This document shows positions 1-12,552 of a stretch of DNA of 64,000 nucleotides, one piece after another. Made by a program: the position numbers and the translations under genes. The stretch is from NCBI GenBank assembly GCA_040954595.2, contig CM082596.2:7642468-7706467 (forward strand). The letters run 5' to 3'. Positions within the stretch are counted from its first letter, which is position 1; every line of letters begins with the position of its first letter. The stretch is from Balanoglossus misakiensis (taxonomy: Eukaryota; Animalia; Hemichordata). Under the pieces are notes generated by a model that saw only the letters and a list, made by a program, of their open reading frames with translations, had not been told where the DNA came from and made no database searches.

Positions 1-320
1 TCAGTTAGACGTCTGTGCATGGCCTTGTGCAATTTGTCTGTTTTACAACTCTCGATTTGCAGTTTAATATGTCCACGTTGCTAACGCGAATTAGTCAATT
101 GTATTTCTTTTCAGGATTTGAGCTGCTTGGCGACAATAGATAAACCAGCACGAACAAACAGTCGCTACATCCTGATCAATATTCTGTACAAATTATATGT
201 ATTTGTATCAATATTCTATATGAAAGACAGTCGAGGCAATATTCTGTAGCAGTAATTATAGTTCGTATCAATATTCTGTGGAATTTATTTGCATCAACAT
301 ATTCTGCAAGTATTATTTGC

Positions 321-324
<4 letters not shown>

Positions 325-354
<30 letters not shown>

Positions 355-459
355 TGTATGTATGTATGTATGTATGTATGTATGTATGTATGTATGTATG
401 TATGTATGTATGTATGTATGTATGTATGTATGTATGTATGTATGTATGTATGTATGTAT
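325..459. repeat. (TATG)n microsatellite
   Basis: Pure TATG tetranucleotide run; it produces the spurious MYVC/HTYI ORFs. Confidence 0.98.
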
Positions 460-2558
460 TTCTTGCCCGCCATACTGACTCCCCGGGGTACACGTTTGCC
501 ACTTGTCATGACTCACCCCCCCCCCCCCACCAGAAAAGGATCTACGAAGCGTTCCAGCATATTATTGCATCATTTTGCGTGAGAGGGCTTAAAGGAAACA
601 CGTCACCAAAAGTGCCAGATGGTTACCAAACGATTTGGTCTCGAACTAAAAATAAATCCCTATCACAAACAGTTAAAGTGACGCTAAAAGCATGCTGCAT
701 TATCGGTATGAAATGATAGATATTGTGTTACAGTACAACATTTTTGCTTACAATCCGCCCAACCTCTTGACAAATTTCACCTTCTGTGGCACTACAATCA
801 TATGTGCTCACTACAGCTAGAGACAACGCCTGGATCAAATGAACGGGTTGGACCAGACACACTATATAACATTTCCGCCTTTTCCTGGCGGAATGCTGAA
901 ACGGCCACACAATGTATACACAGTTGCTGTATATAATGCGGTTATGCTTCCAGGGTTTGTTCGGTTTATGTATACGGCGTGAACGTGAGCAAAATGTTAA
1001 ACCGCCCAAGTGCCTTTTCAGTTAATATTGAACCCGAATTCTAAAAGCATGGCGGTGTTACTGAATGGATTTGATTGAATTTTCGCCCGAATCTGTTCAA
1101 ACACCTGCACGGAATCCAGGGCAAATTGGTCTGCTTTTATCGTTGAATTATCGACAAGACGCAAAGTCGCTACATTCTGTTTGACAGCGGGTGGCTTAAT
1201 TTAATCTCTAGTCAGAAAAAAATCTGCTCCAAGTATAACGCAACGATGCAATGGCCCATTCGGAATAATTTATATGATCTAAAAAATCAGTGATCATCTG
1301 CAATTCTGGTGATGCTGCAGTGACGTAGATGTCTTCTCGTGCGGAACGAAAAATGATAAATAAAATAAATCCTCAATACGACATCTTTGCTGCTTTCAGA
1401 CTCACAGACATTGAAAGAGGATTCGTGCAACGCATCCCAAGTCGGTCGCAATATCACACTTCGTTAGGTTTATTTGAATATTTCGATTGGGTGTGACGTA
1501 AGGTCGTCTGCTTTGGGTGTGACGTAAGGTCGTCTCCTTGGGTATCGCACGCAATTGTCTCTGCGCAGACTCGAATCAATCATCGTTCACAATTTTAATA
1601 AAGCTTTACATGTATGAATAATGATGTAGGCAACGGCTGTTAACGAGTGAAACATTCATCTATAGGCATTCACTCAACGTTAACAAGATACTCGTTGTGT
1701 ACTATGTCTGAGCCGTCCGTATCAATGCACAAACATTAACATGACTGTTACGTTCTCATTAAATTACCAGAATCCTCAAGGGAAAAAGACTAGTAATTTT
1801 ATTTTGACATTTTTTGAATTTTATTTATTGTTATGACTTTTGTCCCCTGAAATAGGTCACTTCTTAACATTTTATGCACAGCCCAAAGAATATGATCAAA
1901 TAAAGAAAATCAATCGAATACTTTCAAATGTCCACTAGTGACTTGTAATAATCGTCATGGAAACCTTTGAGACGTGTGAAATAATATGTGGGGTGCACCC
2001 CAAAATATAGCCGAATGGACATTATGTGCATATAACAGTAGCATGTGATAAACTCACCATTCTGTATTCAGTCAACATCAAAGATTATTGTTTTTCGGAA
2101 GTTATCATGTATTAACAACTGTGGATGGGGCACCAAAATATGGTCACCTGGACAATAATATATATGTGAATTCTGATTAAATATAACACAACGGCGAGCC
2201 TAATATGATAAACAGTCCATTCTGAATTCATTCAAATACACACCTAAATTTATTGTTTTTCGGAAGTTATTTTGTAACAAAAGCACGATAATTTGGTGTG
2301 TTGTGATGAGGGCGCTGTCCGAACGGCAGCTGTGAATTTGCCACACGTTTACTGCATCGATGGTTCACGGGTCAAGGGTCAGTATGAAGTGGAGATGACA
2401 TCACCGGCATTCCACCCACTATAGCTTTCGAAACATCAAAATTTTATCTACACCCACGCCGCCAAAGCAATAATGTTGGCCAATGCAGATAACTCCAGTG
2501 ATATTGCCTCCTCACTGGTGTCAAGGAATATATGTTACAACAGATTAAACATGTAATA

Positions 2559-3194
2559 TTTAAGCAATAAAACACCCCCAGCCATGGTATATCACGAGAT
2601 TTTGACCAGTTCACGACATATACGCACGAGCGATAGCGAGTGCGTATATGGAGTTGAACTGGTCAAAATCGAGTGGTATACCATGGCTGGGGGTGTTTTA
2701 TTGCTATTATATTATGCCAGTATATTGAAACTTTGCATAAAACATTTTAAAAAGGCATTTTCTTTAACTATGATATATGACTGTGGTATATGGCTAATAT
2801 ATCACGGTCACGTGTCGTGTCTCGACCAATCAAATAGCGTGATTTACACCATCAATATACTGGTATAATATAATACATATTATATTATACCAGTATATTG
2901 ATGGTGTAAATCACGCTATTTGATTGGTCGAGACACGACACGTGACCGTGATATATTAGCCATATACCACAGTCATATATCATAGTTAAAGAAAATGCCT
3001 TTTTAAAATGTTTTATGCAAAGTTTCAATATACTGGCATAATATAATAGCAATAAAACACCCCCAGCCATGGTATACCACTCGATTTTGACCAGTTCAAC
3101 TCCATATACGCACTCGCTATCGCTCGTGCGTATATGTCGTGAACTGGTCAAAATCTCGTGATATACCATGGCTGGGGGTGTTTTATTGCTTAAA
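2559..3194. mobile_element. Perfect 636-bp palindrome: inverted dimer of a ~312-bp hairpin-capped non-autonomous DNA element
   Basis: Arms 2559-2875 and 2878-3194 are reverse complements around a CA spacer at 2876-2877, and identical peptides appear in ORFs 2584+ and 2885-. Each monomer is a ~143-bp hairpin (2563-2705) followed by 23-bp inverted repeats (2706-2728 / 2852-2874). Confidence 0.9.
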
Positions 3195-3406
3195 CATGTC
3201 AGGTTTTTATACAACGCAAAATATGTACAGTAAAATGTGAGCTTTGTGAATGCTTATTAAAGACACAGTGACACAAACTTAAATAGGCCTATTCTTTTTA
3301 CAAAAAAAAATATCAGCTCACATCAATAAAGAGCTATGTGCAGACAAACGTCATACTAGTATTGGAATGGGCCCTGGGGAGCTGAACAGCACCCAGGGCC
3401 AAAAAA

Positions 3407-5024
3407 CTACACGTAAGCAGGTGGTCTCAAGGCGCGAGAGTTTCTCGAACGACATATTCTGGTCAACATCGACCTGATGGTGTTCCTGTACTCCTCCTGG
3501 CGGAGTCCGTAGGTGAGCGGGCCCGTAGCCGTGCTAGCCAGGGCAAACAGCCCCGCGACAACAGTCGATGTGTTGTCGATGCAGTGTTGGCACAAGGCGG
3601 CTATCTGCAAGAGTATGAGGAACGGCAGCCAACCGCAGAGGAGGATACACAGCATGACGAGCAGGGCGACCGTGCTCTTGCGGCCCGTGCGAAAATCCGC
3701 CCGCTCGCTTCGGTTCACGGCGGCTTTCTGACTGCGGATCTTCTCCGCCTCTCGCTTGGCCATGATCACGATCCTCAGGTTGCAGAAGATGATGGCGACG
3801 GTGCAAGGGAACAGGATCCCGTAGACGATAATACAGAGGTACTCCAGCGTGGCAACGTGCTTGAGGAGGCAGCCCGAAGAACGCCGCCTGAGGGCGATGT
3901 TGTTCCAGCCCAGCAAGGGGGCGGCACTGTACAACAAGGCGACGGCCCACGTCACCGCGCAGATAAGGAAAGTTTTACGAGTCGTTATGGACTTCTTATA
4001 TCGGAAAGGGTAAAATAGCTGATAGTACTTGTTAAAAGTTGTAACAAGCATGTTTAAAACAAAGCTCATGAGGCCGAAGGTTTGCAGAGTCGCCATGGTC
4101 ATGCAAGTCCAGTAACTTTTGTCGGTAAAATATGGCGACATGGACCAGGTGACGACGGGCATGGTGACGGTACCAATGAACAAGCCCGCCACCGTTAAAC
4201 TACCGTAGAAATAGTTCGAAGTGGTGTGTAAATTCCTGTTGGTGATAATCGCCGACATAATTAACACGTTTGGCATTGAAAGCGCCAAGCTCACCGCAGT
4301 CAGCGCCAAGATGCCCGGAATGGCTATGGTCACGGAGGCCTCGTCTCCAGGTGACGTCAGATTGGCGCAGGGTGTCGCCGTCTCCTTGGTAGCGTTTTCG
4401 TCGAGAGCTTCCATGGTCGTATTTTTCGCAGGACTGCGTCACCAGTACAAGCCGGAAAGAGAGGGGGGGTCAAGCGTGAGATGTGATGTAAGCCCCCTCT
4501 TCAAATTACCAACCTTGCGCCGCAGAGTCACATGTTCTCAGACACCCAAGAAGAAGCAAGGTCCGGGCAGTAAACAAACCGGCGGCGACTTGTGGACAAG
4601 CGATTCCAAATGCACCCCGAGTCACACAAGAACTTGGTCTTCTTTGAACAATGTTAATAATATTGACCCACAGCCGATAATGTCAGCTTAATTCCCATAC
4701 AGCATGATTTACGCGCAACTGATGGCGACCATTAAACACAATCAGCTGATCTTCTTTTTTCGGATCTACACAGAACGTCTAAAATGGTACTGAGTCAAAG
4801 ATTGTGCGTTATACAAAAATACCCTACAGACGATAAATCACACGAGTGGTCATGTATCCGCCAGTGTGAGAGAGAGTACGAGTTTCCGCAGTCTGTTTGG
4901 CAGTGATACGCACGACACGTCCTGTGTACACATACACGACACGTAACCGGTACATACATGTACATGTACAACTTCCTTCTTTTGACAAAAATAGCTCAAA
5001 CCCCGTCTTGACTTACATAACCAT
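3407..5024 (-). CDS. Class A (rhodopsin-like) GPCR, adenosine/amine-receptor-like orphan, ~344 aa
   Basis: Seven hydrophobic segments, TM1 Asn (PNVLI), 'LHTTSNYF', TM3 Cys, 'YPFRY', TM4 'W..PLLGWN', ECL2 Cys, TM6 'CGWLPF', TM7 'GPLTY' and a helix-8-like segment. Main exon 4433-3407 follows a polypyrimidine-CAG acceptor. A micro-exon 5024-5017 (ATG GTT AT|gtaagt) splices in phase and gives MVIPAKNTT-MEALDENAT. Confidence 0.88.
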
Positions 5025-7456
5025 GGGTCAGCGCTTCGGAACTTCTCCGGCTAGTGTGTGAATAGCACGTGCAATTCCTGTCGGACGAATCAGCTGTGTA
5101 GACCTCGGCTATGTACCCGAGAAACATAACCACTGCATCCGATCTGCTGTCGCACGCGCAGGCAACTGTCGATTAAAGATGAGCGGGTGGGATTTCTCTC
5201 TGTGAAACGATTTTAGAAATGTTCTGAACTGCACCAACACGTTTCTGGCACTTCTGCAAGTCGAGGCGAAACCGGACAGAAATCGTCGTCTGCTAACCGC
5301 ACTTCACAATGTGCATATCTTCACGGACAGAACGACTGTGCCTTGATATCGAAACAAATCGACTTCTTACGTGTGATTTGTTTGAAACGACCCTTATAAG
5401 AAGGGTCATTTGAGGTAACGGCGACCATAAATAACATTTTAAGACGTCAGACACTAATTGTAAACTCTCACCCAATGGGATGTTCTACTGCTTGGAATAC
5501 GGCGACGATCGATGACGGCGCACGTCGATTTCAGTGTTACCTGAAATTCTTCGGGGTTTTTTTTTGAGAGAGAGCATTCAATCTGATTAAAAATCATGTG
5601 AAAATATAATCTTCTCATTGCCTTGGCTGGGCCTGTGCTGCTTTGCAAAAGGGCGACAGTAGCAGAACGAAAGTTTAAGTGAAAACAAGCCTTAAGTGGA
5701 GACCCAACTAATGTTGAAAAAAGGCACAGCGTTGTGAGAGGTTTTTGTCGGCTATATTTCTTAACAGAAAGAATAGAGTATACCAAAGTGGACTTCTTGT
5801 CTACTTCATCCCGACGAACAATTCATTCTCGATGTGGAAAGTTGTGAAACATCGACTCATTTCGAGTTAAAGGGGCGAGCAGGCAAGTTGTTAATATTCA
5901 GGCAGCATCGTGTCTTGACAAGACTGCAGGCTGAGTATCACCGTCGTTAAAGTTATATGATACTTGAGGTAAAAGAAATAGCTGAATGAATTATAATGTT
6001 TTAATTGAAATATACCAGGGTATGGGCATTTTCCATGTCAGTTGTCTTTGTTGGAACTGCGGCGGAGTATTACTTTGAAACGAGGTGAAAAGGTTTTATT
6101 GCCCCTTTCCAATAGGGCTACTGAATTGTTTGCGGACGGATCTGACCTCCAGTGGCACTTGTTCATGTCCGGATCCATCGTCCAAATGGTTTTGCGATCA
6201 TTCGACCGCACAGACCTTGCACAACCAAGACACGACTTGTGATTTGTAAAAGGTATCTTTTCAGTGAAACATACAGCTGTAGCTCGTGTCAGATACGTGA
6301 TCAGCTGCGTGTATCTGCCGCCGGGAGCGGTGTCGAGAGAACGCCCCGGACCGGAGAGAATACAGCTTGGCCGCCGCAAACGATAAGATAACACCTACTC
6401 GCGAAAGTCATTCAGCATGTTCGCCGCATATATGGTGGGTAATTAAACAACTAGATGTGTGGCCTATAGACCTTTCAACCTTGCCGTATACCGCGCCAAA
6501 GCCGTTTAGTAACGATGTGTTATTCTCGAAGCGTACATTTATGCAAACACCTCCATAGGGCGTTTGGTCACTGAGTAATGAACTACATGATCATTGATGA
6601 AATATTCATCATCAAGCTATTAAAATGTGATTTTCGCAAGTATAGGATGCTTTACTCCTAGTGAGTCATGTTAAATATTAAAGGGTGAGAGTTAACAATA
6701 AGGAGTATTGCCGTGTTGATCTTCAGAACAATATGAATTGAAGTTATGTAGCACTCTGTGATCAACGAGTTGAAACTACTGCATGAGCTTTCGGGAACAT
6801 GAAGTCCCCTTCATCAGATGCACACAGAGTGAGAGTTGTATACTCTCCAGAAGCTGTGTCGTAAACGTACGTGTTTCTCCCTGTTTCAGGGGCAGTTTTC
6901 AATCCCTGGTTCTTTCCCTAATGAAGCTTTGCAATAAAGTGTTTCATATACATGTACAGCCTATTACATTCCAGGTCGAGTTTAAAATCTGCCCTCTCTC
7001 AATCGCAGTCATCAACGCGCAGCCTAATTTCACCAATATACGGCTTGTAATATCATGGAATAAAGTATGATCGAAATTAAAATAGGGATGTTAAGGATCG
7101 CGTCAATTGAGGTGACAACATCATATAATGAATCAGTGATAAATTGTCTTTGCAGGAAACGAAATTAACTCACTGACATGCACTGTGATATTGCAGTCAA
7201 TCGATCAGAACGTGGGCAGTGCGCCATTTGCAACAGGAAATTGCCAATTGAATAACATGTGATTATACAAAATCAAGTCTTCCTCACTGAAGACTCAAAG
7301 TAACCAGAGTTTAAGACTTACAAATATCCAACCTAAATAGCTATGCCAAACGTGTTGCCAGCATATGCCAAACCCCCCACGGCCAAACCACAGACTGACC
7401 AGTATACATGCATGTATGTAACTGGTGCAATTTGCATGATAACACAGTCACCACCT

Positions 7457-7509
7457 GTTAATTGAAATAAATCGCACTGTTAATATCAGTGCGATTTATT
7501 TCAATTAAC
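7457..7509. repeat. Perfect 23-bp inverted repeat with 7-nt loop
   Basis: gttaattgaaataaatcgcactg-ttaatat-cagtgcgatttatttcaattaac. Confidence 0.85.
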
Positions 7510-10024
7510 GATAATTGGTTATTGGAACGAATGTCAGGCAATTTTAGCACTCAGTAGTTACGAGGGTGTTTCTTTTAAATATACACGGGTTAAGAAAATT
7601 GAAACTGTTAGTATTAGTGCCAACTGCCAACCGGCCAGGTCTGTCCCCAGTCTCTGTCTCTATATATCAGCCCCCCTTAACTATTAAACAGAGGTAAATA
7701 ACATCGAACGTGGGGAATTAACGTGAATTTCACTTAAATATAACCGATATCGGGAATGTAGGTCACAGAACCATGACCTTATAACATTTTTTCCGCATCG
7801 TGATGCTGATTACTACTTAAAACCATATCAATTTAATATCTTGCAAGTACTGGTTTGCAGTACAGCAATAAATCTTCGTCGATATGAGCATAATTACTGA
7901 GTGGGTGGATTTACATGGATTTGGGGTGGGTGAATAATGAACACGATCCGTCAACACAGACCCGTATCGGCGTCGAGAGAAAAATGAGTAGGCGTCGATA
8001 CTATACCGTCATCGCTGGCAACGTTTGAAAAGTTCACTGACCTCATCAGAGCCGTCTATACTGTCAACGTCCGTCTTCGCACAGTATTTCAAACAAACAC
8101 ACTTGGTGTCTCCGTTCTAAGTAGTTTTATAGGTGGGTGTGTGGCCTATGGTTCTTTGGTGTCAGTCATGTCACTTTAAACGTAAACAGAAACAAACACC
8201 AGGATTTACTGAGTATATACATTATACATTATATGGAAAAGCACTTGGGAAGAACGTGGAGTAATTCTGGAAGTAAGCGATGGCAGTGGCCAAATGCTTT
8301 CTAAATATTCAGGCTTCAGTGACCAATTTCTTCTGCAAACCTACATATACTGTTTATTTTGTTCTGTCTTTAGTTTAACCTTTCACAATTCCACTGACTG
8401 CAGCTGTATGTTGCAAACTGCAATCTGAACATTCAACAAATACTGCAAGTATAGAATTGGTATTAAATCATCAAATGTCAATTTTAGAAGACAAATATTG
8501 AGGGGGAAAATAGCAGTAGACGTCGTTAAAACCGTATCAAGCTGGGCGGCACGGTTTATTAAAGACCAAGTTTGTTTGGAAACCCATTGAAGCAGACGAT
8601 AACAGAGCGAGACGTACTGAAGTGTACTTTTATCCTTGTTCACATACCACAACTTGATATAAACAGCACGTCCGGGGCATACTGATTCATTTTCAACTGG
8701 TACTTAGATAACAGAACGGATATCGTCGCAAAATCTTTTTTTTTTAAATCCCAGTTTCGAATAAATTTCGGATGCCCATCTTTCTGAAAATACATCATGG
8801 AATGCGGGTGTTTCCACGTTGTTTTTGATAAGAAATGTGGCTGTTAAAAATGCCCGGGCAAAAGGACAAAAAAAAATGCAGCACAGTCTTTAGATACTCG
8901 TTATCAGAACCCCCCTCCCACAAAATCATCCCTTACTGCAACTGTGCAACTTGATCAGGACAGTTATCAGTGCAATCGAAAAAAACCCTGATTAATAGCA
9001 TCCGGACATAGACACAAAACGACATACACGTTCAGCGTTGCCGCGGCGGTTCTCAAAACCCTCAAAATAAATCTGTCGAGGTTTAATATCACCCAATAGG
9101 GTAAATCAAGGCCGGATTATCGCCTTTTAATTGTTATGAATCCTCAGGCGACTCGATTGACGAATTTCTCCTCAAACTGTCGTGAAATTTACTGTCGCCA
9201 TAGGAATACAGCAGTGCGTCAGTGACATATAAGCGAGATAGACAAAAAATAAACCCCCGGTTTGTGGTTTGTGGCATTTCTCTCTAGTTCTGTAATGTTT
9301 GTTAAATTTTCCCCATTGTATAATTGTAAGTAACAATCATAACACTTTCCGGAATATAGAATTTATATATAACAATCCGAACTGCTTTGTCTTGTGAGAT
9401 TGGGAAAGTCTTATATGCTTCAATCAGATTTACGGAGTGTTTTCGCATAAATCAGGAGTCTTTAGGCAACCAATATGCACAAAAGAAAATCGTATTTGAG
9501 ATCATTTTCAATGTTTACATAGTTTCGGGACAATTGGCTATATTTTGACAACTGGACAATACCTTATGCATAGTCCTGCGGAGATTGCTTCATATGTACA
9601 TATAGTAGCTGTACGACAGAATTCACTGCACTAACTGCTGAGGGCGCCATGACTACGTCGGATATACACTATTTTTGTGATTGTTGAAACATCGATTTCG
9701 ATATTGATTAATTTCGGTCAATGAAACAAAAAATAATAACGAAAAATCCAAGCATATGCACATTACAGTTACTGTTAGAGGAATTATGCCGTCGAAGAGA
9801 TTGACGATGTCACTCATGTAACGCGAGTTCTCATTGGCACAAAGGTCATTTATCCAAATCACGGCATGAAATTTTTCTTACCAATCAGCTGGCGACTATT
9901 TCATTGCGCGGTGTGTTTCCTAACTTTATTTAGTTAGAGAAGAATATCTGTAGCTTAATAAATATTCAATGAAAAAAACAGAGAAATTATTATCATCCGA
10001 GATACAATACGTGTACCTTAATCA

Positions 10025-10505
10025 CTTTAACCAATCACAAAAGCCGTACTGTAGGCTCTCGGTCACAGCAGATATTGTCACCTGATTCATTGACCTGACC
10101 TTTGTAAACAGAAACGAAGCACTTTCCCAGAACATGTCGAAGTTGTGAAAAGGGCTGGTTGAGGGAAACCATACGGTGATATCATCATGGCTGGCTCAGC
10201 TTTGAAGAGGCTGATGGCAGAATACAAGCGTAAGTATATCAGTTACTTGCTCTTCTACGTGAGAGGAATGTTATTTTTGGCGAGAACGTGGCGATGGGCG
10301 GGTTCAAATCCATTCGTACAGCGTGACTCCCAGTGTACTGTACAAAACACCAGATCACAGGTCCGTTGCCATGTATTCTTGGCTGTGGGTCCAAACACAC
10401 AGCCGAGGGAATTGTAGGCTACGGTCACATACACACGGCCACTGCCTGGCTGAGCGAATTCCCAGGCACAAAGCAAGCGAAATCTCGTCCAATATGGCGA
10501 CAATA
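10025..10505 (+). promoter_or_regulatory. Putative housekeeping promoter / first-intron regulatory region of UBE2G2
   Basis: CCAAT at 10031; ZNF143/Staf-like elements (ttcccagaac ~10123; gggaattgtagg ~10406, reverse CCTACAATTCCC); YY1-like aatatggcg ~10491. These are motif matches only. Confidence 0.35.
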
Positions 10506-12552
10506 TTGAGAGGGGGCGGGGGGGGGGGGTGAAATGACGAATATAACCACAAAGCTAAGGTTGCTGATTCATTGCCATACACATGTATGAATCCCCCCTT
10601 CCATGTTTGAAGTCAGAGAATATGATTTACAAATTCCATCAATCCCACAATGTCATAGCGTTGATGAAATACTGCATCAGTGCTTGTGTGTTACTCACTA
10701 ATAGTAATAAACTGCTCATTGAAATATCATTTTCATTTTACTGTCAGAGCTAACATTGAATCCACCGGAAGGCATAGTAGCAGGACCAGCCAATGAAGAG
10801 AATTTCTTTGAGTGGGAGGCTTTAATAGTGTAAGTATTGTACACCTGTGATTAGATTCAATCATTATATGTGTATTGTGCATCATGGATGTGGCTGTATT
10901 ACTTATTACTTTGGGTCTGACATCATACAGCATAGCATTGAATCTGGGTTGTCATCCAATACAGAAGCCATTTTCAGATTTCGTGAAAGTGCAGTGTTGG
11001 ACTAACAGTGCAACTTCCAAAATTACTTTTCTTAATTCGGATAATATTACTTCTCACTTCTGAAGCAGATCAGTTCAGAAGGTAGTGACTTTATTTGACA
11101 AAATGCTAAAGAGATTTGTGAGGAGTCGAGGTTATACCTTTTGTCCCCAAGTCTTCATTACAGCATTCTGGTGGAAGATATTTGTAATTCTTGTAATTTA
11201 TTTCTCAACAGGGGTCCTGAAGGAACTTATTTTGAAGGTGGTGTCTTCCCAGCAACAATTACATTTCCATCCGACTATCCTCTGAGTCCTCCCAAAATGA
11301 GATTTACATGTGAAATGTTTCACCCAAATAGTAAGTGTGATAGTACAAATAATATAGTGATGGTTCATTTTGCCACTAGTTGATGATTGACTGTAGGAAT
11401 TGTTACTTGAGTTTACAGTATTGATATTGCAGAACAAAAATCTTGGAAACTTAGTTGACAGTTTCATCTATCAGAGCTTTAACCCTTTCACCTCCATTTG
11501 CATGTATAGAGGTCCACCTGTGTCATTGAAAACAATGGGATTGGGCAAAACCATGGTGGTGGAAGGATAAAGTCTGATAATTTATAAGATATCGTTGGTA
11601 CACCTGTTTCACAATGATGGGCCAATCAGAGACAGGTCCAGACCAAGGCGAGTTACCACTTTCTTGCACCGTTACATGTTGCAGTTTACCCAGATGGACA
11701 GGTGTGCATATCCATACTCCACGCACCTGGTGATGATCCAATGGGATACGAGAGCAGTGCCGAAAGGTGGAGCCCTGTGCAGAGTGTGGAAAAAATTTTA
11801 CTCTCTGTGGTCAGCATGTTAGCAGGTGGGTGATGCAAATTAGTCTGTGTGGCCGCGCCACCTGCTGTGGTTTTAGTTTGGTGATTGAGCGCGTGTTGCC
11901 CGTATGTTCCTTTGGTTGGTTCTCCCACAGTGTTCCATCCAGAATTGCATCAATGGAGGGGGATATGCCCCCCCCCTCTTTGCCAGTATATTGGTGGGGG
12001 GGGGGGATTCCACTCTGGCATGGATGGGGGGAATTAATAGAATCTCACACTCCCAAAGGACCCAGGATCCTATTTCTCACACGAGTTGGGGATTTTTTGT
12101 CCCACACTTGCGGCACTTACACGACCAAAAATAAGCCAAATTCGCATTAGTAACATTGAATAATTGACTGTGTAACTGTTGTCTGGCACGTTGTATTTCT
12201 GTCCATGTACATGTATTACACTTCACACCATTGGGTAACATTTAACGTGCCTTATTACAAAACGTTTTGTCATCCAATCAGCGCTCGCGTCATATAGAGC
12301 TTTCGATTCTGCAAAAGTGTGGGATCAATTTATCCCCCACTCTCGATCCCAAACTCCCAGCAGCCAGGAGTGTGAGAGTGTAATATCTCCACCATGTGAG
12401 AGAAATGAGATTTTCTCCACATTTATTTCTTTTCACCAGAGCCTAATGACGAAAGTGGCGCCAACGTGGACGCCTCCAAAATGTGGCGGGACGACAGGCA
12501 GAACTTTAAAACGATTGCGGAACAGATTGTCAAGAAATCACTCGGATTTTGA
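10187..12552 (+). CDS. UBE2G2: Ubiquitin-conjugating enzyme E2 G2 (Ubc7 type), 165 aa
   Basis: Exons 10187-10229, 10748-10829, 11212-11330, 11685-11825 and 12440-12552, all GT-AG, total 498 nt. Protein [54 protein letters not shown]...[71 protein letters not shown]...SLGF has the HPN motif, the catalytic Cys and the acidic loop typical of the UBE2G family. Confidence 0.97.
11479..11570. mobile_element. Short piggyBac-like MITE (TTAA-CCC start), copy 1, in UBE2G2 intron 3
   Basis: Starts ttaaccctttcacc and ends ccatggtggtggaaggataa; similar to the copies at 17768-17865 and ~35223-35312. Confidence 0.55.
12036..12384. mobile_element. Non-autonomous inverted-repeat element in UBE2G2 intron 4
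   Basis: Terminal inverted repeats aatctcacactccc / ggagtgtgagagt and inner tcccacactt / aagtgtggga. Confidence 0.5.

Noticed and set aside
176-310. CAATATTCTG recurring about every 30 bp with variable spacers (superficially CRISPR-like)
   Set aside because: The repeat is only ~10 bp, the spacers resemble each other, the context is eukaryotic and there are no cas genes; it is a degenerate minisatellite.
278-716. MYVC/HTYI-repeat ORFs (also at 24402-24790 and 49524-49721)
   Set aside because: They are translations of (TATG)n microsatellites, which lack stops in all frames.
2584-3214. Two identical ~94-aa ORFs on opposite strands
   Set aside because: They are a by-product of the palindrome and have no protein-like features.
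3513-4691. Overlapping and antisense ORFs across the GPCR (similarly 16077-16484 and 20843-22084)
   Set aside because: They are shadow ORFs of GC-rich coding sequence with no recognisable motifs.
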